A DNA stretch of 64,000 nucleotides, from NCBI GenBank assembly GCA_964446825.1, contig CAYUQR010000001.1:94767-158766 (forward strand), given 5' to 3'. The notes beneath the pieces were generated by a model. That model was not told where the DNA came from and searched no databases. It saw only the letters and a program-made list of their open reading frames with translations. Position numbers and translations under genes: made by a program. The DNA is from an uncultured Rikenellaceae bacterium (GTDB taxonomy: Bacteria; Bacteroidota; Bacteroidia; Bacteroidales; VadinHA17). The number at the start of each line of letters is the position of its first letter. Position 1 is the stretch's first letter. Shown piece by piece: positions 48,694 to 57,878 of the stretch.

Positions 48694-50376
48694 ATGGCAG
48701 ATGATAATAAAATAATATTTTCAATGAACAGGGTAGGAAAGTCATTTCCCCCTCACAGGCAGGTGCTTAAAGACATCTCTCTTTCGTTTTTCCTGGGAGC
48801 TAAAATCGGGATCATTGGTCTGAACGGATCGGGGAAATCCACCCTTCTGAAAATTATTGCAGGAATAGAAAAGGAGTTTCTCGGCGATATAACCTTTCTT
48901 CCGGGATATACTGTCGGGCACCTGTCACAGGACCCCCTGCTTGAAGAGAATCGCTCTGTAAAAGAGATAGTTGAGGATGGCATGAAGGACACGATAGATA
49001 TTATCAGGGAATATGAGAAGATTAACAACAGCTTTGGGGAACCGGAGATATATGAAAACCCTGACAGGATGCAACAGCTCATGGACAGGCAGGCAGTACT
49101 CCAGGAAAAGATAGAATATGTCGATGGCTGGAATATTGAACACAAACTGGAACGTGCCATGGATGCTCTTCGTTGTCCCGAACCCGAAGCCAGGGTCAAT
49201 GTGCTTTCAGGAGGCGAACGCAGAAGAGTCGCTCTTTGCCGGCTGCTTTTACAGCAACCTGATATTTTGCTTCTGGATGAACCGACTAACCACCTCGATG
49301 CAGAATCAGTGCAGTGGCTTGAAACAACGCTGAAACAATACCATGGCACTGTGATATGTATCACTCACGATCGCTATTTTCTCGATAATGTTGCAGGCTG
49401 GATACTTGAACTTGACAGGGGTGAAGGAATTCCATGGAAAGGGAACTACTCTTCATGGCTCGAACAGAAAGCCAAAAGGCTTGAAGTTGAAGAAAAGGGA
49501 AATGTAAAGAGAAGGAAAATTCTCGAGCGCGAGCTGGAATGGGTAAGAATGTCTCCAAAAGCACGTCATGCAAAATCAAAGGCCAGGCTGGGGGCATATG
49601 AGAACCTCCTTAACCAGGATGTTAAACAGAAAGAGGAAAAACTTGAGATATTCATTCCAAACGGACCCAGGCTTGGTGATAAAGTAATTGAAGCAAAATC
49701 AGTTGCAAAAGCATTTGATGATAAGCTGTTGTTTGAAGATCTCGATTTCAGTCTTCCTCCAAACGGAATAGTGGGCGTTATAGGTCCTAATGGAGCAGGA
49801 AAAACTACTCTTTTCAGGATGATTATGAAGCAGGAAGAGGCAAGCAGAGGTACTTTTGCAATCGGAGATACCGTATCGCTTGGATATGTTGACCAGGCTC
49901 ATGCTGAGATTGATCCTGCCAAAACCGTTTATGAGGTTATTTCAGGCGGGCAGAATGATGTAATGGTTGGTAACCGCCTGGTAAATGCAAGAGCATATGT
50001 CGCAAGGTTTAATTTTACCGGAGCCGATCAGGAAAAGAAATGCGGTGTTTTGTCGGGAGGGGAAAGAAACAGGCTTCATCTGGCCCTTACTCTTAAATCG
50101 GGTGCAAATGTTCTGCTTCTCGATGAGCCTACAAACGATATTGATGTCAATACCCTGAGAGCCCTCGAAGAGGGATTGGAGAACTTTGCCGGGTGTGCTG
50201 TAATAATATCTCACGACAGATGGTTCCTCGACAGGGTTACAACACATATGCTGGCTTTTGAAGGTGACTCAAAAGTTGTCTGGTTCGAAGGAAATTACTC
50301 TGACTACGAAGAGAACTACAAAAAAAGAGTTGCCGATACAACTCCGGCCAGAATAAAATATAAGAAACTTATTTAA
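48694..50376 (+). CDS. ettA: Energy-dependent translational throttle protein EttA (ABC-F)
   Basis: Two ABC cassettes ('GLNGSGKST', 'LSGGERRR', 'GPNGAGKTT', 'LSGGERNR') with an EttA-like arm and linker. 560 aa. Confidence 0.93.
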   Translation: MADDNKIIFSMNRVGKSFPPHRQVLKDISLSFFLGAKIGIIGLNGSGKSTLLKIIAGIEKEFLGDITFLPGYTVGHLSQDPLLEENRSVKEIVEDGMKDTIDIIREYEKINNSFGEPEIYENPDRMQQLMDRQAVLQEKIEYVDGWNIEHKLERAMDALRCPEPEARVNVLSGGERRRVALCRLLLQQPDILLLDEPTNHLDAESVQWLETTLKQYHGTVICITHDRYFLDNVAGWILELDRGEGIPWKGNYSSWLEQKAKRLEVEEKGNVKRRKILERELEWVRMSPKARHAKSKARLGAYENLLNQDVKQKEEKLEIFIPNGPRLGDKVIEAKSVAKAFDDKLLFEDLDFSLPPNGIVGVIGPNGAGKTTLFRMIMKQEEASRGTFAIGDTVSLGYVDQAHAEIDPAKTVYEVISGGQNDVMVGNRLVNARAYVARFNFTGADQEKKCGVLSGGERNRLHLALTLKSGANVLLLDEPTNDIDVNTLRALEEGLENFAGCAVIISHDRWFLDRVTTHMLAFEGDSKVVWFEGNYSDYEENYKKRVADTTPARIKYKKLI

Positions 50377-50398
50377 TCTGATTATTATTCTTTTTGGC

Positions 50399-52816
50399 AT
50401 GAAAAAATTTATAATTCTGCTTGCAGCAGTGATTAGCGCCTCTATACTGGTGGCTCAAAATCCTGAACCGGGGATAAATCGTTTTGACTCTGGCTGGAGG
50501 TTCCATCGCGGAGGTGCATTAAGCGCTGAAAATCCACAGTTTGATGACTCTGGATGGCGCCTTGTTGACCTGCCTCATGACTGGAGCATAGAAGATATGC
50601 CAGGCACTCAATCTCCTTTTAACCGCGATGCCATAAGTCAGGTCAGTGGCGGATTTACAACAGGAGGGACTGGCTGGTACAGGAAATCATTTAACCTACC
50701 TTCAGAACTGGCCGCAAAAAGGATAATAATACAGTTTGACGGGGTTTATATGAATCCGGAGGTATGGATCAATGGAGTTTCCCTTGGCAGTCATCCATAC
50801 GGTTATACTTCTTTCTGGTTCGATATAACCGATAATGTGAATTTTGGAAAGCCAAATATTCTTGCAGTAAAGGTAAGGAATGAAGGCGAAAACAGCCGCT
50901 GGTATTCGGGTTCAGGAATTTACAGGCACGTGTGGTTAAAGATACTTGAGCCGGTGCATGTGGCTCAGTGGGGAACACGCATAAGCACCCCATATGTTGA
51001 TGCTGAATCTGCAACCGTAAATATCAGGACAGAAGTTAATAATCAGTCAGGCAATTCATTAAATATAAGGATAAACACTCGTATTCTTAATGAAAAAGGA
51101 ATTGAAACGGGTAAATCTGCCGGATTGGAGCAGTTGGTTGAAAAAGACGGATCATCAGAATTCAGTGAGGATATAAAAGTCAGCAAATCAAGGCTCTGGT
51201 CGCCTGATTCTCCGGCACTTTATACGGCTGTCAGTGAAGTATATGTTGCTGACAAGCTTACCGACAGAGTTGAAACCTTATTCGGGATAAGGACTTTTCA
51301 CTTTGATGCAATAAACGGTTTCAGCCTGAACGGGGAAAAATTTAAACTTAAGGGAGGTTGTTTTCATGATGACAATGGACCACTGGGTTCGAAATCGTAC
51401 GACAGGGCAGAGGAACGCAGGGTTGAATTGTTAAAGGCAAGCGGCTTCAATGCCATAAGGTGTTCCCATAACCCTCCTGCCCCTGCTTTTCTCGATGCCT
51501 GCGACCGCCTGGGCATGCTGGTTATTGATGAAACATTCGACATGTGGAACGACGGGAAAAATGAGAATGATTATCATATCTATTTCCAAAAGTGGTGGAA
51601 AAAGGATATTGAAAGCATGATTAAACGAGATTTCAACCATCCTTCGATAATCATATGGAGCATAGGTAACGAGATACCCGGGATGAACACTCCTGAGGTT
51701 GTTAAAACTGCACAGACCCTGGCTGATTTCATAAGAGCGAACGATCCATCAAGGCCTGTCACGGCAGCTGTAAACGGTCTTAATCCTGATAAGGATCCGT
51801 TTTTTGCAGTACTCGATATTGCGGGCTATAACTATGGTTCGGGAGGAGATCATCAGAATAAAAGCATTTTTGATACTGACCATGAACGTGTACCTTCAAG
51901 AATAATGGTTCAGACTGAATCATACGCTCTTGAGGCTTTCAGGAGCTGGATGGACGTAATGGATCATCCATGGCTGGTTGGCGATTTTGTATGGACAGGG
52001 TTTGATTATATCGGAGAAGCAAGTATAGGTTGGCGGGGATACTGGCAGGAACAGAATTTTTTCCCATGGAACCTTGCATTTTGCGGCGATATTGACATTT
52101 GCGGATGGAAACGCCCGCAGTCGTATTACCGCGATGCCCTTTGGAAAAGCAACCAGCTTTCCCTTTTTGTAAAACCTCCGAAACCTTCGTTCCCTGAAAA
52201 TCATGACAAGATGTTCTGGAGTAAGTGGAACTGGTTCGATGCCGTTGCAGACTGGAACTGGGCCGGTAATGAAAACACTCCTCTCGAAGTAACAGCTTAT
52301 TCTTCATGCGATGAGGTTGAGCTGTTCCTCAACAGCAGGTCGCTTGGCAAAATGAAAACAGACCGCACAACTGAATTTAAAGCCACCTGGAATGTTCCTT
52401 ATCAGGCCGGAGAACTTAAAGCTGTTGGCTATACAGGTAAAAAACAGGTAAATACGGCAATACTTCGTACAGCGGCAGATCCGGTTCAAGTAAAAATGTC
52501 AGCAGACAGAAATATAATAAAAGCCAATGGTCAGGACCTGAGTTATATCACTGTTGAGCTGGTGGATGATAATGGAATAAGGAACCCGAAAGCTGAAAAC
52601 CCTGTAAAATTCGAGATTGAAGGAGCCGGAAAAATTATTGGGACGGGGAATGCAAATCCGGTCAGCCTGGAAAGTTTTACTGCCCCGGAACGAAAGGCAT
52701 GGCAGGGTCGTTGTATGGTTGTTATAAAATCGGACTATGTTGAGGGGAAGATTATTCTGAGAGCATCTTCACCAGGATTGACCCCGGCCAGCATTGTGAT
52801 CAGTTCAACGGAATGA
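50399..52816 (+). CDS. Glycoside hydrolase family 2 (beta-galactosidase/beta-glucuronidase-like)
   Basis: Signal peptide, 'WRLVDLPHDWSIE', 'NAIRCSHNP' and the acid/base motif 'NHPSIIIWSIGNE'. Confidence 0.88.
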   Translation: MKKFIILLAAVISASILVAQNPEPGINRFDSGWRFHRGGALSAENPQFDDSGWRLVDLPHDWSIEDMPGTQSPFNRDAISQVSGGFTTGGTGWYRKSFNLPSELAAKRIIIQFDGVYMNPEVWINGVSLGSHPYGYTSFWFDITDNVNFGKPNILAVKVRNEGENSRWYSGSGIYRHVWLKILEPVHVAQWGTRISTPYVDAESATVNIRTEVNNQSGNSLNIRINTRILNEKGIETGKSAGLEQLVEKDGSSEFSEDIKVSKSRLWSPDSPALYTAVSEVYVADKLTDRVETLFGIRTFHFDAINGFSLNGEKFKLKGGCFHDDNGPLGSKSYDRAEERRVELLKASGFNAIRCSHNPPAPAFLDACDRLGMLVIDETFDMWNDGKNENDYHIYFQKWWKKDIESMIKRDFNHPSIIIWSIGNEIPGMNTPEVVKTAQTLADFIRANDPSRPVTAAVNGLNPDKDPFFAVLDIAGYNYGSGGDHQNKSIFDTDHERVPSRIMVQTESYALEAFRSWMDVMDHPWLVGDFVWTGFDYIGEASIGWRGYWQEQNFFPWNLAFCGDIDICGWKRPQSYYRDALWKSNQLSLFVKPPKPSFPENHDKMFWSKWNWFDAVADWNWAGNENTPLEVTAYSSCDEVELFLNSRSLGKMKTDRTTEFKATWNVPYQAGELKAVGYTGKKQVNTAILRTAADPVQVKMSADRNIIKANGQDLSYITVELVDDNGIRNPKAENPVKFEIEGAGKIIGTGNANPVSLESFTAPERKAWQGRCMVVIKSDYVEGKIILRASSPGLTPASIVISSTE

Positions 52817-52873
52817 ACAAAAAGAGAATTTTAAATGATTATTAGCGTTAATTAAAATTATCAATTATCAATA

Positions 52874-54286
52874 ATGAAAAAAATATTACTTTTTGCTCTT
52901 GTTCTGCTATCTGTCATTGATTTTAAGGCAAAAGGGGCTAATCTTACCGATTCCCTTAACGTCGGACCGTTTGGGAAAGTTTTTATTTACAGGAAAACAC
53001 CGATACCGGCGAATGTCGCAATAATGATTTCAGGCGATGGTGGATGGAGATATGGCGTAACAGGATTTGCCTCAACATTTTCAGAAATGAATACTTTGGT
53101 TATCGGCGTGGATATTCTGAGATATTATAAAGAGTTGAAACAGCGTAACGATGAATGTTATGATGTTGCTGCTGATTTCGTACAGCTTGCTACGGAAGTG
53201 GAGAAAAAGTATAATTATCCCGATTATAAACCTCCTATTGTAATGGGTTATTCGAGCGGGGCAACACTCGTTTATGGTATCCTTGCTCAGGCTCGCCCGG
53301 AAACCTTTATCGGAGGGATCTCGGTGGGATTTTGTGCCGATATTGAACTTCCCATGATGCTGTGCGAGTTAAACGGGCTCAAAGAAAAAGTACTTACAAA
53401 AGGGAAAAGTTATCTCTTTGAACCTGATGCAAAACTTGGTAATCCGTGGATTGTGTTACAGGGGAAACTCGATAAAGCGTGTAATTACCCGGCAGTTGAA
53501 GAGTTTGTGGCCAAAACAACTGATGCCGAACTCATCACTTTACCTGATGTGGGTCATGGTTTTTCAAAGTGGAGCGATTTTATGCCACAATGGAAAGATG
53601 CCTTTAGCAGGGTAATTGAAAAATCAAAAAAAGATCGGCCTGTAAATGATAATGTAAGTAATCCGAAAGAGCTGCCTGTGGTGATAACAAATGCTGTAAC
53701 ACAAAACAGGGAGGCCCCGGTTGCACTTCTTATTTCAGGCGATGGCGGCTGGTATGGATTTGAGCAGCAGATAGCTGATAACCTGGCCAAATATGAGATA
53801 CCTACAGTAGGGCTGGATTCAAAGAAATACTTCTGGAACAGGCGCACACCTGAGGAAACAGCCCGGGATATAGGGAATGAGCTTAACTATTATCTTAAAG
53901 AATGGAGAAGGGAAAAATTAGTCCTGGTCGGATATTCACTGGGTGCCGAAATAGTGCCGTTTATTGTCAACAGGCTACCTGCCGACATTAAGTCAAAGAT
54001 CATCTCTGTTGTGCTTTTGTCGCCGGATGTGACTACAGATTTTGAGATCCACATATCAAATATGCTGGGAATGGGAAACCGCCAGAATATCTACAATGTA
54101 GCGGAAGAGATAAAAAAAATAAAAGGCGTCAATACAGTACTCATCTTTGGAGAAGGGGAAAAAACAAAAGTCCCGGAACTTCTGAAAGGGGCATCCGTGA
54201 AAATTAATTTTATTCCCGGCGATCATCATTACAAATTTAACCTTCCTCTTATAATGCAGACGATGGTTAATAATAAAGCATTCTGA
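52874..54286 (+). CDS. AcvB/VirJ-family periplasmic protein (tandem alpha/beta-hydrolase-like halves)
   Basis: Signal peptide. The duplicated motif 'ISGDGGW' occurs in both halves, and nucleophile elbows 'GYSSGA' and 'GYSLGA' are present. Confidence 0.7.
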   Translation: MKKILLFALVLLSVIDFKAKGANLTDSLNVGPFGKVFIYRKTPIPANVAIMISGDGGWRYGVTGFASTFSEMNTLVIGVDILRYYKELKQRNDECYDVAADFVQLATEVEKKYNYPDYKPPIVMGYSSGATLVYGILAQARPETFIGGISVGFCADIELPMMLCELNGLKEKVLTKGKSYLFEPDAKLGNPWIVLQGKLDKACNYPAVEEFVAKTTDAELITLPDVGHGFSKWSDFMPQWKDAFSRVIEKSKKDRPVNDNVSNPKELPVVITNAVTQNREAPVALLISGDGGWYGFEQQIADNLAKYEIPTVGLDSKKYFWNRRTPEETARDIGNELNYYLKEWRREKLVLVGYSLGAEIVPFIVNRLPADIKSKIISVVLLSPDVTTDFEIHISNMLGMGNRQNIYNVAEEIKKIKGVNTVLIFGEGEKTKVPELLKGASVKINFIPGDHHYKFNLPLIMQTMVNNKAF

Positions 54287-54288
54287 TA

Positions 54289-56628
54289 GTGATACTTTTA
54301 GCAGCCTTACTAACTTTATTTTCTTTAATTTCATGTCCCGGATTTTCCGAGAATGTTACTTCTAAACCGGTTACGATAAGCGGTTTTATTGTGGATGCCA
54401 GAAATGGAGAATCGTTAACAGGCGCTGTTATTTATGCTGAAGAGATCCCTACAGTTGGGATTACAACCAATTCCTACGGTTATTATTCACTTACTCTTCC
54501 TGAAGGTAATTATACTTTAATCGTTCGTTACCTTGGTTACAAAACCAAATCTATCCCGTTGAAACTGACTGAAAACCAGAAGATCAATATTGAACTGGAA
54601 GAAGAATCATTTACGCTGGATGAGATAACAATTACAGGTGAAAAGAACAACAATAATGTTGTTTCCAATGAGCTGATATCGAAAATAAGTGTAAAGGAGA
54701 TTCAGAACATTCCTGTTATTATGGGAGAAAAGGATATCCTTAAAACCATACAATTACTTCCCGGAGTTACCCCGGCAGGGGAAGGTAATGCCGGATTCTA
54801 TGTAAGGGGGGGAGGAGTTGACCAGAACCTGATCCTTCTTGATGAAGCCCCGGTATATAATCCTTCTCATCTTCTTGGTTTTTTTTCAACTTTCAACTCC
54901 GATGCAATTAAGGATGTAACACTATATAAGGGTGGTTTCCCTGCAGAATATGGAGGACGTTTGTCATCGGTGGTGGATATTAAAATGAATGAAGGAAACA
55001 ATAAGGAATACCATTTATCAGGGGGAATAGGTCTTATTGCATCGCGTCTTTCGGTTGAAGGACCCATTTTGAAAAACAAAGGTTCATTCATGATTGCTGC
55101 CCGCCGGACTTATGCCGATCTTTTTCTTAGACTGTTGCCTGGTACAGGAGCTGATTCCACTGCAAGTAAAACAACCCTCTACTTTTACGATTTAAACCTG
55201 AAAGCCAATTACCAGGTTACTAATAAAGACAGGATATATTTATCATGCTACCTGGGGAGAGATAATTTCAACCTGGGGGGAATCCTGGGTCTGAACTGGG
55301 GAAATATCACCGCAACAGCAAGGTGGAACCATATCATTAACGACAAAATATTTTCGAACGCTTCATTAATTTTAAACCGCTACAGCTATAATTTTAATGT
55401 GGCTGTAGGAACAAGTACCATGAAAGTGCTTTCAGAAATAAAGGACTGGAACCTGAAAGAAGATATTAATTACTATATAAATTCCAACAATTCATTAAAA
55501 TTCGGTTTCAATTCCATCTATCACACATTTGTTCCCAGTAAAGTAGACAGCACGGCATTTTTTCACGTCAGGTCAATGGATAACAGGTATGCCCTTGAGA
55601 ATGCTGTTTATATTTCAAACGAACAGACAATTACAAAACACATGAAGGCAAACTATGGATTCCGTTATTCGCTCTTCAGTTCAATAGGCCCCGGAACAGT
55701 TTACACTTATGATGAAGTCGCTGACATCGTTGATTCAGTATCATATCCCAGGGGGAAAATATACAACACATTCGGGGGTCTCGAACCAAGGCTTATTCTG
55801 AATTACATCATCAACGACTCCTCTTCCGTAAAGGTATCATACGCCCGTACACGTCAGTATATTCACCTTCTGTCCAATACAACATCAACTACCCCTTTTG
55901 ATCTCTGGGTACCCAGTAACACAAATATTTTACCCGAAATTGCTGATCAGTACACACTTGGATATTTCAGAAACTTTTCAAACAACATGTTTGAAACTTC
56001 TGTGGAAATATATTACAAAAACATGCAAAATCAGATTGATTACCGGAACGGAGCTAATCTTATTCTTAACAATAAAGTGGAATCGCAGTTGGTATTTGGC
56101 AAAGGATGGGGATATGGCGCTGAATTTCTGATAAGGAAAAAATATGGAAAACTGACAGGCTGGGTAAGTTATACATTATCCAAAACCAAAAGACAATTCC
56201 CTGCTATCAACGGAGGATCGACTTTTCTTGCAAAACAGGACAGGCCGAATAACATATCTATCGTTGCCATGTACAATATCAGTCCCCGTCTGACTTTTTC
56301 TGCAACGTGGATCTATCTGAGCGGGAATGTAGTGACCTTTCCAAGCGGGCGTTATTATGTAGATGGGAATGTTGTGCCTTATTATACCGAACGAAACGGC
56401 TATCGTATGCCTGATTATCACAGACTGGATATTGGTCTTACGTGGCAGAGAAAAAAATCCCTCAGGTTTGAGAGCAACTGGAATTTTTCAATATATAATG
56501 CTTATGCCAGGGAGAATGCCTACGCAATTAATTTTCAGCCCGACCCGAATGATCCGACGAAGATGCAGGCTGTACAATTGTCCCTTTTCAGGATTGTTCC
56601 TGCTATAACCTATAATTTCAAGTTTTAA
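54289..56628 (+). CDS. TonB-dependent receptor with N-terminal carboxypeptidase-regulatory-like domain
   Basis: 'GFIVDARNGESLTGAVIY..GYYSLTLPEGNYTLIVRYLGYK' (CarbopepD_reg) followed by a plug domain. C-terminal 'ITYNFKF'. GTG start 2 nt after the VirJ stop. Confidence 0.9.
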   Translation: MILLAALLTLFSLISCPGFSENVTSKPVTISGFIVDARNGESLTGAVIYAEEIPTVGITTNSYGYYSLTLPEGNYTLIVRYLGYKTKSIPLKLTENQKINIELEEESFTLDEITITGEKNNNNVVSNELISKISVKEIQNIPVIMGEKDILKTIQLLPGVTPAGEGNAGFYVRGGGVDQNLILLDEAPVYNPSHLLGFFSTFNSDAIKDVTLYKGGFPAEYGGRLSSVVDIKMNEGNNKEYHLSGGIGLIASRLSVEGPILKNKGSFMIAARRTYADLFLRLLPGTGADSTASKTTLYFYDLNLKANYQVTNKDRIYLSCYLGRDNFNLGGILGLNWGNITATARWNHIINDKIFSNASLILNRYSYNFNVAVGTSTMKVLSEIKDWNLKEDINYYINSNNSLKFGFNSIYHTFVPSKVDSTAFFHVRSMDNRYALENAVYISNEQTITKHMKANYGFRYSLFSSIGPGTVYTYDEVADIVDSVSYPRGKIYNTFGGLEPRLILNYIINDSSSVKVSYARTRQYIHLLSNTTSTTPFDLWVPSNTNILPEIADQYTLGYFRNFSNNMFETSVEIYYKNMQNQIDYRNGANLILNNKVESQLVFGKGWGYGAEFLIRKKYGKLTGWVSYTLSKTKRQFPAINGGSTFLAKQDRPNNISIVAMYNISPRLTFSATWIYLSGNVVTFPSGRYYVDGNVVPYYTERNGYRMPDYHRLDIGLTWQRKKSLRFESNWNFSIYNAYARENAYAINFQPDPNDPTKMQAVQLSLFRIVPAITYNFKF

Positions 56629-56640
56629 AAGAATGCAATT

Positions 56641-57498
56641 ATGATAAAAAGAATGACATCTTCATATAAATATTTACTCACAGGAGCATTTCCCATTCTG
56701 ATTCTTTTATTTCTGACAGCTTGTGAGAAGGTGATCAATGTGGACCTTAACGAAGCCGCACCACGAATTGTTATCGAGGGTTTGATTGATAACGGACCAG
56801 GACCGTATAAGGTTTTATTAAGCAAATCGGGTAGTTTTTTTAATCAACCCACCCTGCCCAATGTTTCAGGAGCCATTGTCATTATTGCAGACAATACCGG
56901 TATAACAGATACCCTTGCAGAAAGATCCCCCGGTGTTTACCTTACTTCAAGAACCCGGGGAATCCCGGGCAGAACTTACACTCTGACTGTGCTGTCTGAT
57001 AACATCGAATATACCGGTACTTCAACAATGATGGATTATGTTGATATCGACTCACTGAGCTTAATAAGAACCGAGACACATAATTTCAATCTGGGCGGAG
57101 GATCGGGAAATGAAACAAATGTTTCACTTTACTGCTACTTCAAAGATCCTCCGGAAAAGAATTTTTACAGGCTGAAGATGTTCTCTAACGATACAACGGA
57201 TTTTGAAAGATACAGGTTATTTGACGATCAGTATACAAACGGGGAAGAAACTGAACTAAGGGTAGGATACGTTGTTGAAGGAGATACTTTAAGGATTGAT
57301 TTGCTTTCAATCGATAAATCGACATACGGATATTATCGTACTCTTGAGGATCTGCTTCACTCAAACCCGATCTTTGGTTCCACGCCCGCTAATCCGGATA
57401 CCAACCTGAGTAACGGCGCACTTGGCTATTTTGGCGTATGCGCTGTATCAACAAAAATAATTGTTATCACAAACGGCATGATTGAAGAGGCGCGATAA
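56641..57498 (+). CDS. DUF4249-family lipoprotein
   Basis: Lipobox 'LLFLTAC'. Position directly after a CarbopepD-type TonB receptor is the usual DUF4249 context; 'PGVYLT' and 'GRTYTLTV' fit that family. Confidence 0.7.
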   Translation: MIKRMTSSYKYLLTGAFPILILLFLTACEKVINVDLNEAAPRIVIEGLIDNGPGPYKVLLSKSGSFFNQPTLPNVSGAIVIIADNTGITDTLAERSPGVYLTSRTRGIPGRTYTLTVLSDNIEYTGTSTMMDYVDIDSLSLIRTETHNFNLGGGSGNETNVSLYCYFKDPPEKNFYRLKMFSNDTTDFERYRLFDDQYTNGEETELRVGYVVEGDTLRIDLLSIDKSTYGYYRTLEDLLHSNPIFGSTPANPDTNLSNGALGYFGVCAVSTKIIVITNGMIEEAR

Positions 57499-57878
57499 TA
57501 ATATAACAGTACAAATCGGTTAACTGATAAACTGATATAAGAATATGCAGGCAGGACAGCATACTGTGAAGTCGTATTAAATGGTTCCTAACATGGTCTT
57601 TATGTTCTTCAGGAAAAAATAAAACAGGGCTCATGCAGGGTTAATATTATGAAAATAGACCCCAATGATATTACTTATCCCAAAGTAACCGGTGGATATA
57701 TTACCAAATCAGACAAGACTACCGGGGGGATCTTATACGAAAAGTCATTAAGGATTAACGACTGAATTTTTAAAACAGATATAATCAGTTATTTTTTTGG
57801 TCTCCCAGATTGAGAAAATAAGGAATTGCCTATATTTAAATTATTAAGCTAACTTTAATTAACTTAAACCTGATAATT

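Noticed and set aside
48753-49364. 203-aa ORF antisense to ettA
   Set aside because: It sits opposite a highly conserved ABC-F gene. Long antisense frames are common in ABC cassettes, and it has no motifs or independent start context.
57649-57765. 38-codon ORF (MKIDPNDITYPKVTGGYITKSDKTTGGILYEKSLRIND) in the spacer before the GPH gene
   Set aside because: The 'GGY..K.DK' segment vaguely reminded me of a CotH-type protein fragment, which would make it a gene remnant. I cannot support that from memory alone. It is too short, without context, to call as a CDS or pseudogene. A tblastn/HMM search of the spacer would settle it.
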